Shown here: piece after piece, positions 1 to 6,170 of the stretch | Position numbering within the stretch: the first letter of the stretch is position 1 | How the letters are laid out: each line of letters begins with the position of its first letter | IMG/VR virus record: IMGVR_UViG_3300031251_000002 | Coordinates: 1 to 64,000 of that record | Source: a virus | Strand: one strand, 5' to 3' | DNA length: 64,000 nt | Translations under genes and position numbers: made by a program | Notes under the pieces: model-generated | Seen by the model: only the letters and a program-made list of their open reading frames with translations | Told to the model about the DNA's origin: nothing | The model's database searches: none

Positions 1-1
1 T

Positions 2-157
2 GTCTTCTCTCCGTGGTCAGCGTGTGATCGAGTAGCATTGAAAGACGGCAAGGTATTTTTCGTGGAATTCAAAAAGCCACAACAGGAGCTAAGCCCAATT
101 CAACAACGTGTTCATGATGCGCTCCCGGATAATTATCTAGTTCTGTATTCTGGATAG
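2..157 (+). CDS. 3' end of a VRR-NUC-like PD-(D/E)xK nuclease (partial)
   Basis: Frame 2 reads ...CDRVALKDGKVFFVEFKKPQQELSPIQQRVH...SG*, a D...EFK...LSxxQ pattern. The stop TAG (155-157) lies inside tRNA-Ser. Confidence 0.6.
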   Translation, partial: VFSPWSACDRVALKDGKVFFVEFKKPQQELSPIQQRVHDALPDNYLVLYSG

Positions 158-241
158 TTGGCCGAGTCTGGTTTATGGCACTTGTCCCGAAAACAAGCGT
201 GGGTAACACCACCGGGGGTTCAAATCCCTCACTATCCGCCA
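152..241 (+). tRNA. tRNA-Ser(CGA)
   Basis: Acceptor GGATAGT/ACTATCC-GCCA; anticodon arm CTTGT-CCCGAAA-ACAAG; long variable arm; T loop TTCAAAT; C33. Confidence 0.93.
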
Positions 242-243
242 AC

Positions 244-319
244 GCCTCTATAGCACAAATGGCGGTGCAGCGCCCCCGTAAGGCGAAGGCTGTCAGTTCA
301 AATCTGACTGGAGGCTCCA
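244..319 (+). tRNA. tRNA-Thr(CGT)
   Basis: GCCTCTA/TGGAGGC-TCCA; anticodon loop CCCGTAA (C33); T loop TTCAAAT. Confidence 0.9.
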
Positions 320-320
320 T

Positions 321-393
321 GCCGGTGACCTTTAGGAAAGGGCAGATGATTGGTATTCATCTGGAGTGATTTCGAGTATCACCATCGGCTCCA
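321..393 (+). tRNA. tRNA-Thr(GGT), atypical D arm
   Basis: GCCGGTG/CATCGGC-TCCA; GATGA-TTGGTAT-TCATC; T loop TTCGAGT. Confidence 0.82.
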
Positions 394-406
394 TTGAAAT
401 TTTTTA

Positions 407-512
407 GCCGGAAAGACTCCCGTTAAACTCGGGTGGCCCTCAGACTTTCATTAGGGAGGGGTATAGCTCAACGGTACTACAGACTTTAATTAGGGTAGTA
501 GAGCATCCGCCA
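407..512 (+). ncRNA. circularly permuted tRNA-like RNA (YrlA/Y-RNA-like architecture)
   Basis: Order is GCCGGA, T arm (CCCG-TTAAACT-CGGG), closed acceptor helix (TGGCCCTC/GAGGGGTA), D arm (TA-GCTC...GAGC), TCCGC. It has two loops AGACTTT(C/A)ATTAGG. Confidence 0.6.
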
Positions 513-573
513 ATTTGGAATAGGCAGACCGGACGGCCTTAATAAAGGACTAAATCCCCATCCGGAACCAAGT

Positions 574-648
574 GGGCTTGTCGTTCAATTAGGAGGATTC
601 CGCACTTGCAATGCGGGGACGACGGGGCAGAGCCGTCCGGGTCCACCA
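574..648 (+). tRNA. tRNA-Ala(TGC)
   Basis: GGGCTTG/CGGGTCC-ACCA with G3:U70; CCGCA-CTTGCAA-TGCGG; non-canonical T loop GGCAGAG. Confidence 0.88.
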
Positions 649-650
649 AT

Positions 651-724
651 TCCCTCATGGTTCAAAAGTAGAACAGACGCCTGATAAGCGTCAGACTTCC
701 GTGCGATTCGGAATGAGGGAACCA
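651..724 (+). tRNA. tRNA-Ile(GAT)
   Basis: TCCCTCA/TGAGGGA-ACCA; GACGC-CTGATAA-GCGTC. Confidence 0.9.
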
Positions 725-739
725 CTTTGTTATATTTTT

Positions 740-808
740 CGTGTCCTGACGATTGGCCGGAAGGTCGAAACGCGGGGGTGCCTCGAAACCGAGGCCCGCG
801 TAGACACG
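740..808 (+). ncRNA. type I hammerhead ribozyme
   Basis: Stem I CGTGTC/GACACG; core CTGACGA (746-752); stem II GGCC-GGAA-GGTC; GAAAC (767-771); stem III ACGCGGG/CCCGCGT; cleavage triplet GTA (800-802). Confidence 0.8.
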
Positions 809-811
809 TAC

Positions 812-886
812 GAGACTATGGTCAAGCGGAACTGACGCCTCGCTGTCTACGAGGAAGCCGGGGTTCAACTCCCCGTAGTCTCGCCA
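812..886 (+). tRNA. tRNA-Asp(GTC)
   Basis: GAGACTA/TAGTCTC-GCCA; CCTCG-CTGTCTA-CGAGG (U37). Confidence 0.9.
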
Positions 887-888
887 AT

Positions 889-966
889 AGGTACGTAGCC
901 CAATTTGGCAGAGGCCACAGGTCGAGGGCCTGTGTAGTGTGGGTTCGATGCCCGCCGTACCTACCA
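889..966 (+). tRNA. tRNA-Leu(GAG), short variable loop
   Basis: AGGTACG/CGTACCT-ACCA; ACAGG-TCGAGGG-CCTGT (C33). Confidence 0.82.
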
Positions 967-977
967 TTTCAAATAAC

Positions 978-1053
978 GCCTAGGTAGGCTAACGGCAAAG
1001 CCGCTAAGCTCAGAACTTAGTGATTGGAAGTTCAAATCTTCTCCTAGGCACCA
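978..1053 (+). tRNA. tRNA-Leu(CAG), short variable loop
   Basis: GCCTAGG/CCTAGGC-ACCA; CTAAG-CTCAGAA-CTTAG. Confidence 0.9.
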
Positions 1054-1059
1054 ACTTTT

Positions 1060-1133
1060 GGCCCGTTAGTCTAGTGGCAGAACGCTGGTCTCTCTAACCG
1101 GAAGCGCGAGTCCGATTCTCGCACGGGCTACCA
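1060..1133 (+). tRNA. tRNA-Glu(CTC)
   Basis: GGCCCGT/ACGGGCT-ACCA; CTGGT-CTCTCTA-ACCGG (U37). Confidence 0.87.
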
Positions 1134-1142
1134 AGTCTTTAT

Positions 1143-1217
1143 GGGCTGTTCGTCTATCGGGAAGGATAGCGCCCTTTCAAGGCGTTGAGGTGGGTTCAAC
1201 TCCCACACAGCCTACCA
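1143..1217 (+). tRNA. tRNA-Glu(TTC)
   Basis: GGGCTGT/ACAGCCT-ACCA; GCGCC-CTTTCAA-GGCGT. Confidence 0.93.
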
Positions 1218-1228
1218 ATTTTTGCGAT

Positions 1229-1304
1229 GGTGGCTATGGCCGAGCGGCTGAGGCGGCGGACTGTGAATCCGTTTAGACGAGTTCAACTCTCGTTAGTCAC
1301 CCCA
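1229..1304 (+). tRNA. tRNA-His(GTG)
   Basis: G-1:C73 acceptor GGTGGCTA/TAGTCACC-CCA; GCGGA-CTGTGAA-TCCGT. Confidence 0.93.
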
Positions 1305-1323
1305 ACTTTCTAACTGGCCCGGA

Positions 1324-1387
1324 GTAGGGCGTTTCCCATGATGGGAGTCATGGGATAGCTGCTCCCACAGCGATAAGCGCCCTGCCA
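1324..1387 (+). ncRNA. unknown three-way-junction RNA with kissing loops, ending in CCA
   Basis: Closing helix GTAGGGCGTTT/AAGCGCCCTGC; hairpins CCCATGA-TGGGAG-TCATGGG and GCTG-CTCCCA-CAGC, whose loops are perfectly complementary. Confidence 0.6.
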
Positions 1388-1429
1388 CCGGCATTCGGTG
1401 TTATAGTGGTAACCGAAGGACATTTACCT

Positions 1430-1618
1430 ATGGAGATCAAGGTCGAACAGGGCATCATCGGGGTTGTGAAGACTGAGGCAGAGAATGCAGCGACTGAGGC
1501 GGCGTGGCGGGAATGGTATCGAGCCAACTGCCGCGACTGCGGTAGTTCGGTAGGTTTGGTTCAATACGATACGTCATACGCTCTCTGTGACCGCTGTCGA
1601 GCGAAGGCAAAGAGATAG
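1430..1618 (+). CDS. small Zn-ribbon protein
   Basis: AAGGA RBS; CRDC...CDRC. Confidence 0.65.
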   Translation: MEIKVEQGIIGVVKTEAENAATEAAWREWYRANCRDCGSSVGLVQYDTSYALCDRCRAKAKR

Positions 1619-1622
1619 GATC

Positions 1623-1657
1623 AAAAAAATAGGGGGGCTGTGAAAGCCCCCCGTTTT
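1623..1657. terminator. bidirectional intrinsic terminator
   Basis: A-tract, GGGGGGCT-GTGAA-AGCCCCCC hairpin, then T-tract, between convergent ORFs. Confidence 0.8.
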
Positions 1658-1659
1658 CC

Positions 1660-1857
1660 TCAAGCGCGGATACCGCGCTCTCTTCCCAACCCGTTGCCCC
1701 GCGAGCGATGCAGCTTTACGACCCGACCTGCCGGATGATAGCGAAGGCTGTTCAACTCATGCCGCGTCTCATCGAGACGGTTGATGAGGGCGGCGATACG
1801 CCGCGCATCCTTCAGATCCATCGCCGAGTCTGCTCCGTCCACCTTGACGTTACCCAT
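1660..1857 (-). CDS. hypothetical protein (the only convincing minus-strand gene)
   Basis: Minus-strand AAAGGAGG RBS upstream of the ATG; ends at the bidirectional terminator. Confidence 0.6.
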   Translation of the reverse strand: MGNVKVDGADSAMDLKDARRIAALINRLDETRHELNSLRYHPAGRVVKLHRSRGNGLGRERGIRA

Positions 1858-2124
1858 TGGTATGGGCCTCCTTTAAGCCCATGTGCATTATCAAAAATGG
1901 AAGCGTCAATTTCTAATCGTTTGTTTGTCTGGAACTGAGAGGTTAAAACGATGAAAGGCCATGCACGGATCCCCTCCCGAAGAAGACGGAGAAGGCGGTT
2001 CCGCACAAGAAGAAGGCGAAGCGGCAGAAGGCTGAGGAGCGAGATGTGGCTTTGGAACACGGTCGGTACGATGACTACCTGATCGACATGGATTCAGAGA
2101 ACAGGAACTTTTGAGGAGGCTGTA

Positions 2125-2508
2125 ATGGGTGTGGAGTTCAACGGGAAGTATTGCTACGGGTCGGACAAGACGTATCTCGGGTTGGAGCTTTTGGACGAAC
2201 TGGAGTTCTCGGATCGGTCGTACTGCTTCGATACTCTCGTCGTCTGGCGCGATACCGAGGGCCGGGTTTTCGCAGCGCGGGATTCAGGTTGCTCCTGCCC
2301 GTCGCCGTTTGAGAACTACAACGACCTGTCCTCCTTCACCCGGATCTTCTCGGTAGCCGACTTGGAGGAGTTCTTCCATACCTATGACGGGAACAACTAT
2401 CCGACCGTGGAAGACAAGGCAGCGTTCAAGGCAACGGTTCAGTCCGCGCTGGACGCCCTGAAGGGGCCGGATTCGTTCAAGCCTGTGCCGATGGGTTGTC
2501 GGCAATGA
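2125..2508 (+). CDS. conserved phage hypothetical protein
   Basis: GAGGAGG RBS; DSGCSCPSPFE motif typical of a widespread phage family. Confidence 0.8.
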   Translation: MGVEFNGKYCYGSDKTYLGLELLDELEFSDRSYCFDTLVVWRDTEGRVFAARDSGCSCPSPFENYNDLSSFTRIFSVADLEEFFHTYDGNNYPTVEDKAAFKATVQSALDALKGPDSFKPVPMGCRQ

Positions 2509-2831
2509 AGTGCAAGAATTGCAACGACGAAGGCTCTCTCCATATACCGCTTGCGTTCCGCGAAATGGATGCCCCTAACAGGGGCAACTGTCCGGTCTGT
2601 TGTCGTCGCTTTCGATTACATCGCCAACCGGTGTCGTCCAGTCCTGATGGCGTCTGGCAGGTATGCTACTGGCTTGGTATCTACCAGAATCGTGCGTGTG
2701 AGTTTGGAGAACACATGGAGGTCATCTCAACCGAGATCCACGATCCGCTGGTTGATCAGATGAAGAAGGTTAAAGCAGCCGTCGCGGGACTTCACTATGG
2801 AGACCTGAGGCGGATTTTCGAGATCCCGTAA
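2505..2831 (+). CDS. Zn-finger hypothetical protein
   Basis: ATGA overlap with the upstream gene; CxxC pairs. Confidence 0.65.
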   Translation: MKCKNCNDEGSLHIPLAFREMDAPNRGNCPVCCRRFRLHRQPVSSSPDGVWQVCYWLGIYQNRACEFGEHMEVISTEIHDPLVDQMKKVKAAVAGLHYGDLRRIFEIP

Positions 2832-2854
2832 ATTCCAGTGAAGTATCCGTTTTT

Positions 2855-2932
2855 TGGCAGGAAGTTGGCGGGGTGCCGACGCCTGACTGTTAATCAGGAT
2901 AAAGGCAGGTTCGACTCCTGCCCTGCCAGCCA
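2855..2932 (+). tRNA. tRNA-Asn(GTT) with an extended 6-bp D stem
   Basis: TGGCAGG/CCTGCCA-GCCA; CCTGA-CTGTTAA-TCAGG; D arm GTTGGC/GCCGAC. Confidence 0.85.
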
Positions 2933-2934
2933 AT

Positions 2935-3010
2935 TCCAGTCAAGCTGAAGTGGGACAGCATCCGCCTGTTAAGCGGAGGGGTGTGGGTTCGATGCCCACG
3001 ACTGGAGCCA
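2935..3010 (+). tRNA. tRNA-Asn(GTT)
   Basis: TCCAGTC/GACTGGA-GCCA; TCCGC-CTGTTAA-GCGGA. Confidence 0.9.
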
Positions 3011-3011
3011 G

Positions 3012-3085
3012 AGCCCGCGAGTAGGAAAGTAGCACTCCGTTCTTACAAATCGGAAAACACGGGGCAGTACCGTGGCGGGCTACCA
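3012..3085 (+). tRNA. tRNA-Val(TAC), divergent
   Basis: AGCCCGC/GCGGGCT-ACCA; loop CTTACAA; T loop GGCAGTA. Confidence 0.78.
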
Positions 3086-3140
3086 CTTAAATCCGAGGCG
3101 ATTGCCTCTTTTCCGTGGCGATTGCCACAGATCGGTCGCT

Positions 3141-3215
3141 TGTCCCGTAGCTCAACGGCCAGAGCGGTCTCCTTATAAGAGACGGACGAAGGTTCAACTC
3201 CTTCCGGGACAACCA
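3141..3215 (+). tRNA. tRNA-Ile(TAT)
   Basis: TGTCCCG/CGGGACA-ACCA; GTCTC-CTTATAA-GAGAC. Confidence 0.9.
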
Positions 3216-3227
3216 GTAAGGGTAGGT

Positions 3228-3800
3228 ATGAAGAAGATTCCGAGTCTGTTTGAAAGAGACTGGAACGGCGACCGTTCCCGAGTTCTCAACAAGGTAACTC
3301 CCGGCTGCGAGTGGGTCATGGAGGGCCACGGCGTCCCGACCCGGAAGTGGGATGGCACCTGCTGCAAGGTCGAGGCTGGCCTCCTGCACAAGCGCTACGA
3401 CGCCAAGCAGGGCAAGACGCCCCCGGAGGGCTTCGTACCGGCACAGGAGCCTGATCCGATTACTGGCCACTGGCCGGGTTGGCTTCCGGTCCGGGATGTT
3501 CCAGAAGATCGCTGGTTCCGCGAGGCGTGGAACAGCCTCAAATCTGGAACACTCAAGGACGGCACCTACGAACTTGTCGGACCGAAGATCAACGGCAACC
3601 CAGAGGGCTACGACCAGCACACGCTGATCCTGCACGGCTGGCAACCGTTCTACCGGTTCCCGACCCCGCCGACCTTTGAGACGGTACGAGACTTCCTAGA
3701 GGCGAATGTAATCGAGGGCATCGTTTGGCACAATCTCGATGGTAGAATGGCCAAGGCCAAGAGGATTGACTTCGGTTTTCCGTGGGGGAGCAGGAAGTGA
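3228..3800 (+). CDS. ATP-dependent RNA ligase, DUF5565 / RLIG1 (C12orf29)-like
   Basis: Motif I TRKWDGTCC, then GHWPGWLPV, TYELVGPKINGNP, EGIVWH and GFPW, in the same order as in the RLIG1 family. Confidence 0.82.
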   Translation: MKKIPSLFERDWNGDRSRVLNKVTPGCEWVMEGHGVPTRKWDGTCCKVEAGLLHKRYDAKQGKTPPEGFVPAQEPDPITGHWPGWLPVRDVPEDRWFREAWNSLKSGTLKDGTYELVGPKINGNPEGYDQHTLILHGWQPFYRFPTPPTFETVRDFLEANVIEGIVWHNLDGRMAKAKRIDFGFPWGSRK

Positions 3801-4027
3801 AGAAGATCATCCATGTTAATCAAGCTGTGATCGTACGGAATCGCCGCCACTGCACGAACGATCCGCCGCTGATCGTGCGAACTTACAAGGGTTCGACACC
3901 GGCCCAGCAGGTTGACATCAACGGGCCGTCACGGCTGATTAACAGCCCGCACAAGCCGCTTAGCTGCGGAGCGCGGGTCTGGATAGAGACGACTGCGGAA
4001 GTAGTCGCGGACGGAAAAGTAATATGA
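3797..4027 (+). CDS. conserved phage hypothetical protein
   Basis: IIHVNQ...KPLSCGARVWIET family; GTGA overlap. Confidence 0.75.
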   Translation: MKKIIHVNQAVIVRNRRHCTNDPPLIVRTYKGSTPAQQVDINGPSRLINSPHKPLSCGARVWIETTAEVVADGKVI

Positions 4028-4269
4028 CCAAAGAAGAGTTGATCAAGCTGGAAGCCGTACTCGTCGCATGCGAGTTCGCGCAGGATCGTCAGGACGGGTG
4101 TCCAACTTGTGGTTACGATACGACGGAGATTTGCCCGCTTTGCTCTGCCGAAAAGGCCAGCGGAAAGAAGGGCAACCGCCATAATGACTGTGCGCTTTGG
4201 GAGAGCTTGCAAGCAGTTCGCAAGCAGCTTACCGGCGCTCACTGTTCGGAATGCAATTCATTTAGTTAG
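4024..4269 (+). CDS. Cys-rich hypothetical protein
   Basis: ATGA overlap; CPTC/CPLC...H..DC. Confidence 0.65.
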   Translation: MTKEELIKLEAVLVACEFAQDRQDGCPTCGYDTTEICPLCSAEKASGKKGNRHNDCALWESLQAVRKQLTGAHCSECNSFS

Positions 4270-4343
4270 ACCCTGTAGTTCAATGGACAGAATAAGAGCC
4301 TACGAAGCTTTTGATGCGTGTTCGACTCACGCCGGGGTCACCA
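4269..4343 (+). tRNA. tRNA-Arg(ACG)
   Basis: GACCCTG/CGGGGTC-ACCA; AGAGC-CTACGAA-GCTTT. Confidence 0.92.
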
Positions 4344-4349
4344 AATTTT

Positions 4350-4691
4350 ATGGGTAAGAAAGAGGATCAAGCTCGCTGGTATGCGTCTCATCGGGTGGCG
4401 CAGAAGGCGCGTGTTAAGCGCAATCGAACGCTTCGTGAGATGGGGCGGATAAGACGTTTGTCTGACTATCTCATTGAACAAGGATGTAAGGATTGTGGCG
4501 AACGAGATCCGGTTGTTCTGGAGTTTGATCATCTGCGAGATAAGACTGATTCGGTCAGCAAGCTCTTTCAGAGTGGTTGGTCTTGGGAACGCCTCATGAC
4601 TGAAATAGCAAAATGTGAAGTTGTCTGTCGAAACTGCCACACTCGACGGACCGCAAAACGCAACGGGTGGCGAAAAGCAGCGGGTCGGTAA
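4350..4691 (+). CDS. HNH endonuclease
   Basis: CKDCG...LEFDH...EIAKCEVVCRNCH; the stop lies inside tRNA-Lys. Confidence 0.9.
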   Translation: MGKKEDQARWYASHRVAQKARVKRNRTLREMGRIRRLSDYLIEQGCKDCGERDPVVLEFDHLRDKTDSVSKLFQSGWSWERLMTEIAKCEVVCRNCHTRRTAKRNGWRKAAGR

Positions 4692-4758
4692 CTCAAGTGG
4701 AACAGAGTCCTCCCTCTTAAGGAGCGAGATGGCGGTTCAAATCCGCCCCGGCCCACCA
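4682..4758 (+). tRNA. tRNA-Lys(CTT)
   Basis: GGGTCGG/CCGGCCC-ACCA; loop CTCTTAA. Confidence 0.92.
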
Positions 4759-4759
4759 T

Positions 4760-4850
4760 GATCTTGTGCGGTAATAGACAACCTACCTTCCTCCTAAGAA
4801 GGGAATCCGAGTGCAACTCTATTCGGGTTCAAATCCCGATGGACTCACCA
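4760..4850 (+). pseudogene. chimeric tRNA remnant (5' part of tRNA-Arg(CCT) fused to the 3' end of another tRNA)
   Basis: Anticodon arm CCTTC-CTCCTAA-GAAGG, a truncated T arm CCGAG-TGCAACT-CT, then a second T arm TCGGG-TTCAAAT-CCCGA and TGGACTC-ACCA, which does not pair with the 5' end. Confidence 0.6.
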
Positions 4851-4865
4851 TGATATAATCGTTCG

Positions 4866-5267
4866 ATGCCCTACTTAGACCCGAAACGTCAAAGCCAACA
4901 CCAGTACGCTCGCATGAAAAAGCGACGAGACGAGTGGTTTGACAAGAACGGTCCCTGTGTTCGATGCAAGAGTTGGAAACAGCTTGAGCTTGACCACCGC
5001 GACCCGACGACCAAGGTTTCTCATGCCATCTGGTCATGGTCTGACGCCCGTAGAGCAGTTGAACTAGCAAAGTGCCAAGCTCTTTGTCATCCCTGCCATC
5101 TAACGAAGAGCATTGAAGAGTTCAAGGCCGCTAGACCGCGAAAGCACGGAGCCGCATCTTATAATAAAGGATGCCGTTGCGCGAGTTGTCGAGCCGCTAA
5201 AAATGCACAGAAAAAGAGATGGCGAGAACGACTCCATGGCCTAACAGACAAGGCAGCACTCTCCTAA
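4866..5267 (+). CDS. HNH endonuclease
   Basis: CVRC...LELDH...ELAKCQALCHPCH plus HG...Y..GCRC..C; the stop TAA lies in the anticodon loop of tRNA-Arg(CCT). Confidence 0.9.
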   Translation: MPYLDPKRQSQHQYARMKKRRDEWFDKNGPCVRCKSWKQLELDHRDPTTKVSHAIWSWSDARRAVELAKCQALCHPCHLTKSIEEFKAARPRKHGAASYNKGCRCASCRAAKNAQKKRWRERLHGLTDKAALS

Positions 5268-5304
5268 AGTGTTCATGCGTGTGCAACTCACGCTGGAGTC
5301 ACCA
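5230..5304 (+). tRNA. tRNA-Arg(CCT)
   Basis: GACTCCA/TGGAGTC-ACCA; GCACT-CTCCTAA-AGTGT. Confidence 0.9.
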
Positions 5305-5316
5305 TATTTAATCAAT

Positions 5317-5391
5317 GCGACTGTAGTTCAGGAGTAGAATGTCTCGTTGCCAACGAGAAGGTCGAGGGTGCGAAGCCCTCCAGTCGCTCCA
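5317..5391 (+). tRNA. tRNA-Gly(GCC)
   Basis: GCGACTG/CAGTCGC-TCCA; TCTCG-TTGCCAA-CGAGA. Confidence 0.92.
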
Positions 5392-5397
5392 AGTTTC

Positions 5398-5473
5398 GCG
5401 GGTGTAGTGTTCAATGGCAGCACGGGACGCTTCCAACGTTCAAGTCGGGGTTCAAATCCCCTCACCCGCTCCA
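5398..5473 (+). tRNA. tRNA-Gly(TCC)
   Basis: GCGGGTG/CACCCGC-TCCA; loop CTTCCAA. Confidence 0.92.
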
Positions 5474-5491
5474 CTTTTTCTGGTAAACTAG

Positions 5492-5530
5492 TGTGATCCC
5501 GTCTGCGCGAACTGTCATCGTGAACGTACA
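5492..5530 (+). pseudogene. C-terminal remnant of an HNH endonuclease
   Basis: Translates to CDPVCANCHRERT, matching KCEVVCRNCHTRRT of the HNH at 4350; it is preceded by an in-frame stop. Confidence 0.7.
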
Positions 5531-5531
5531 T

Positions 5532-5607
5532 TCAGGAGTGGTGTAAATGGCAACATCTCTGGCTCTGAACCAGAAGACTCTACGTTCGACCCGTAGCTCC
5601 TGAACCA
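5532..5607 (+). tRNA. tRNA-Gln(CTG)
   Basis: TCAGGAG/CTCCTGA-ACCA; TCTGG-CTCTGAA-CCAGA. Confidence 0.92.
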
Positions 5608-5625
5608 ATTTTTTCTTGAGGGTCT

Positions 5626-5778
5626 ATGGCCAACTACAAGAAGCGTAAAGCCAAGCAGAGTTCCCGCCGATGCGGGATGTGCAAGTCCTACAAGAAGGAC
5701 GGCAACAAGGCCGAATCCAAGGCCGAGAAGCTGAACCGGAAGATTGTCAAAGCACTCAGGGAGTACCTGAAGCCGTAA
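5626..5778 (+). CDS. small basic protein (MANYKKRKAK...CGMCK...)
   Basis: GAGG RBS; 50 codons, below the ORF-track cutoff. Confidence 0.65.
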   Translation: MANYKKRKAKQSSRRCGMCKSYKKDGNKAESKAEKLNRKIVKALREYLKP

Positions 5779-5780
5779 CC

Positions 5781-6170
5781 ATGCATACTCCTGAAACGCG
5801 CAAACGGGCATACGCAAAAGTTCGTCAACGTCGTGAGGACTGGCTTGAAAAGAACGGGCCATGCAAGAAGTGCGGCAGCATGATCCGTCTTGAGGTCGAT
5901 CATATCAACCCAACCACAAAAGTTTCGCATACGGTTTGGTCTTGGCGAGAGCCACGGCGCTTAGCTGAGCTAAAGAAATGTCAAGTTCTCTGCCACGACT
6001 GCCATCTTGAAAAAACTCGCTTGTCGCTTGTCAAACCTTTGGTTCATGGCACTCTAACTGGTTACAAGACATGTCGCTGTTCGCTCTGCTTGGCCGCAAA
6101 CAGGGCCTATAAGCTAATCTACAATCGTACCTATCGTTCAATGAAAAGGACATGCCCCTCCGAAGGGTAA
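5781..6170 (+). CDS. HNH endonuclease
   Basis: CKKCG...LEVDH...ELKKCQVLCHDCH; paralog of 4866-5267; runs 44 nt into tRNA-Arg(CCG). Confidence 0.9.
   Translation: MHTPETRKRAYAKVRQRREDWLEKNGPCKKCGSMIRLEVDHINPTTKVSHTVWSWREPRRLAELKKCQVLCHDCHLEKTRLSLVKPLVHGTLTGYKTCRCSLCLAANRAYKLIYNRTYRSMKRTCPSEG

Noticed and set aside
69-987. ORF-track entries over the tRNA array (69-320, 175-369, 611-835, 662-967, 727-987) and the 3072 and 4311 N-terminal extensions
   Set aside because: They are translations of tRNA or ribozyme sequence, with no RBS or coding bias.
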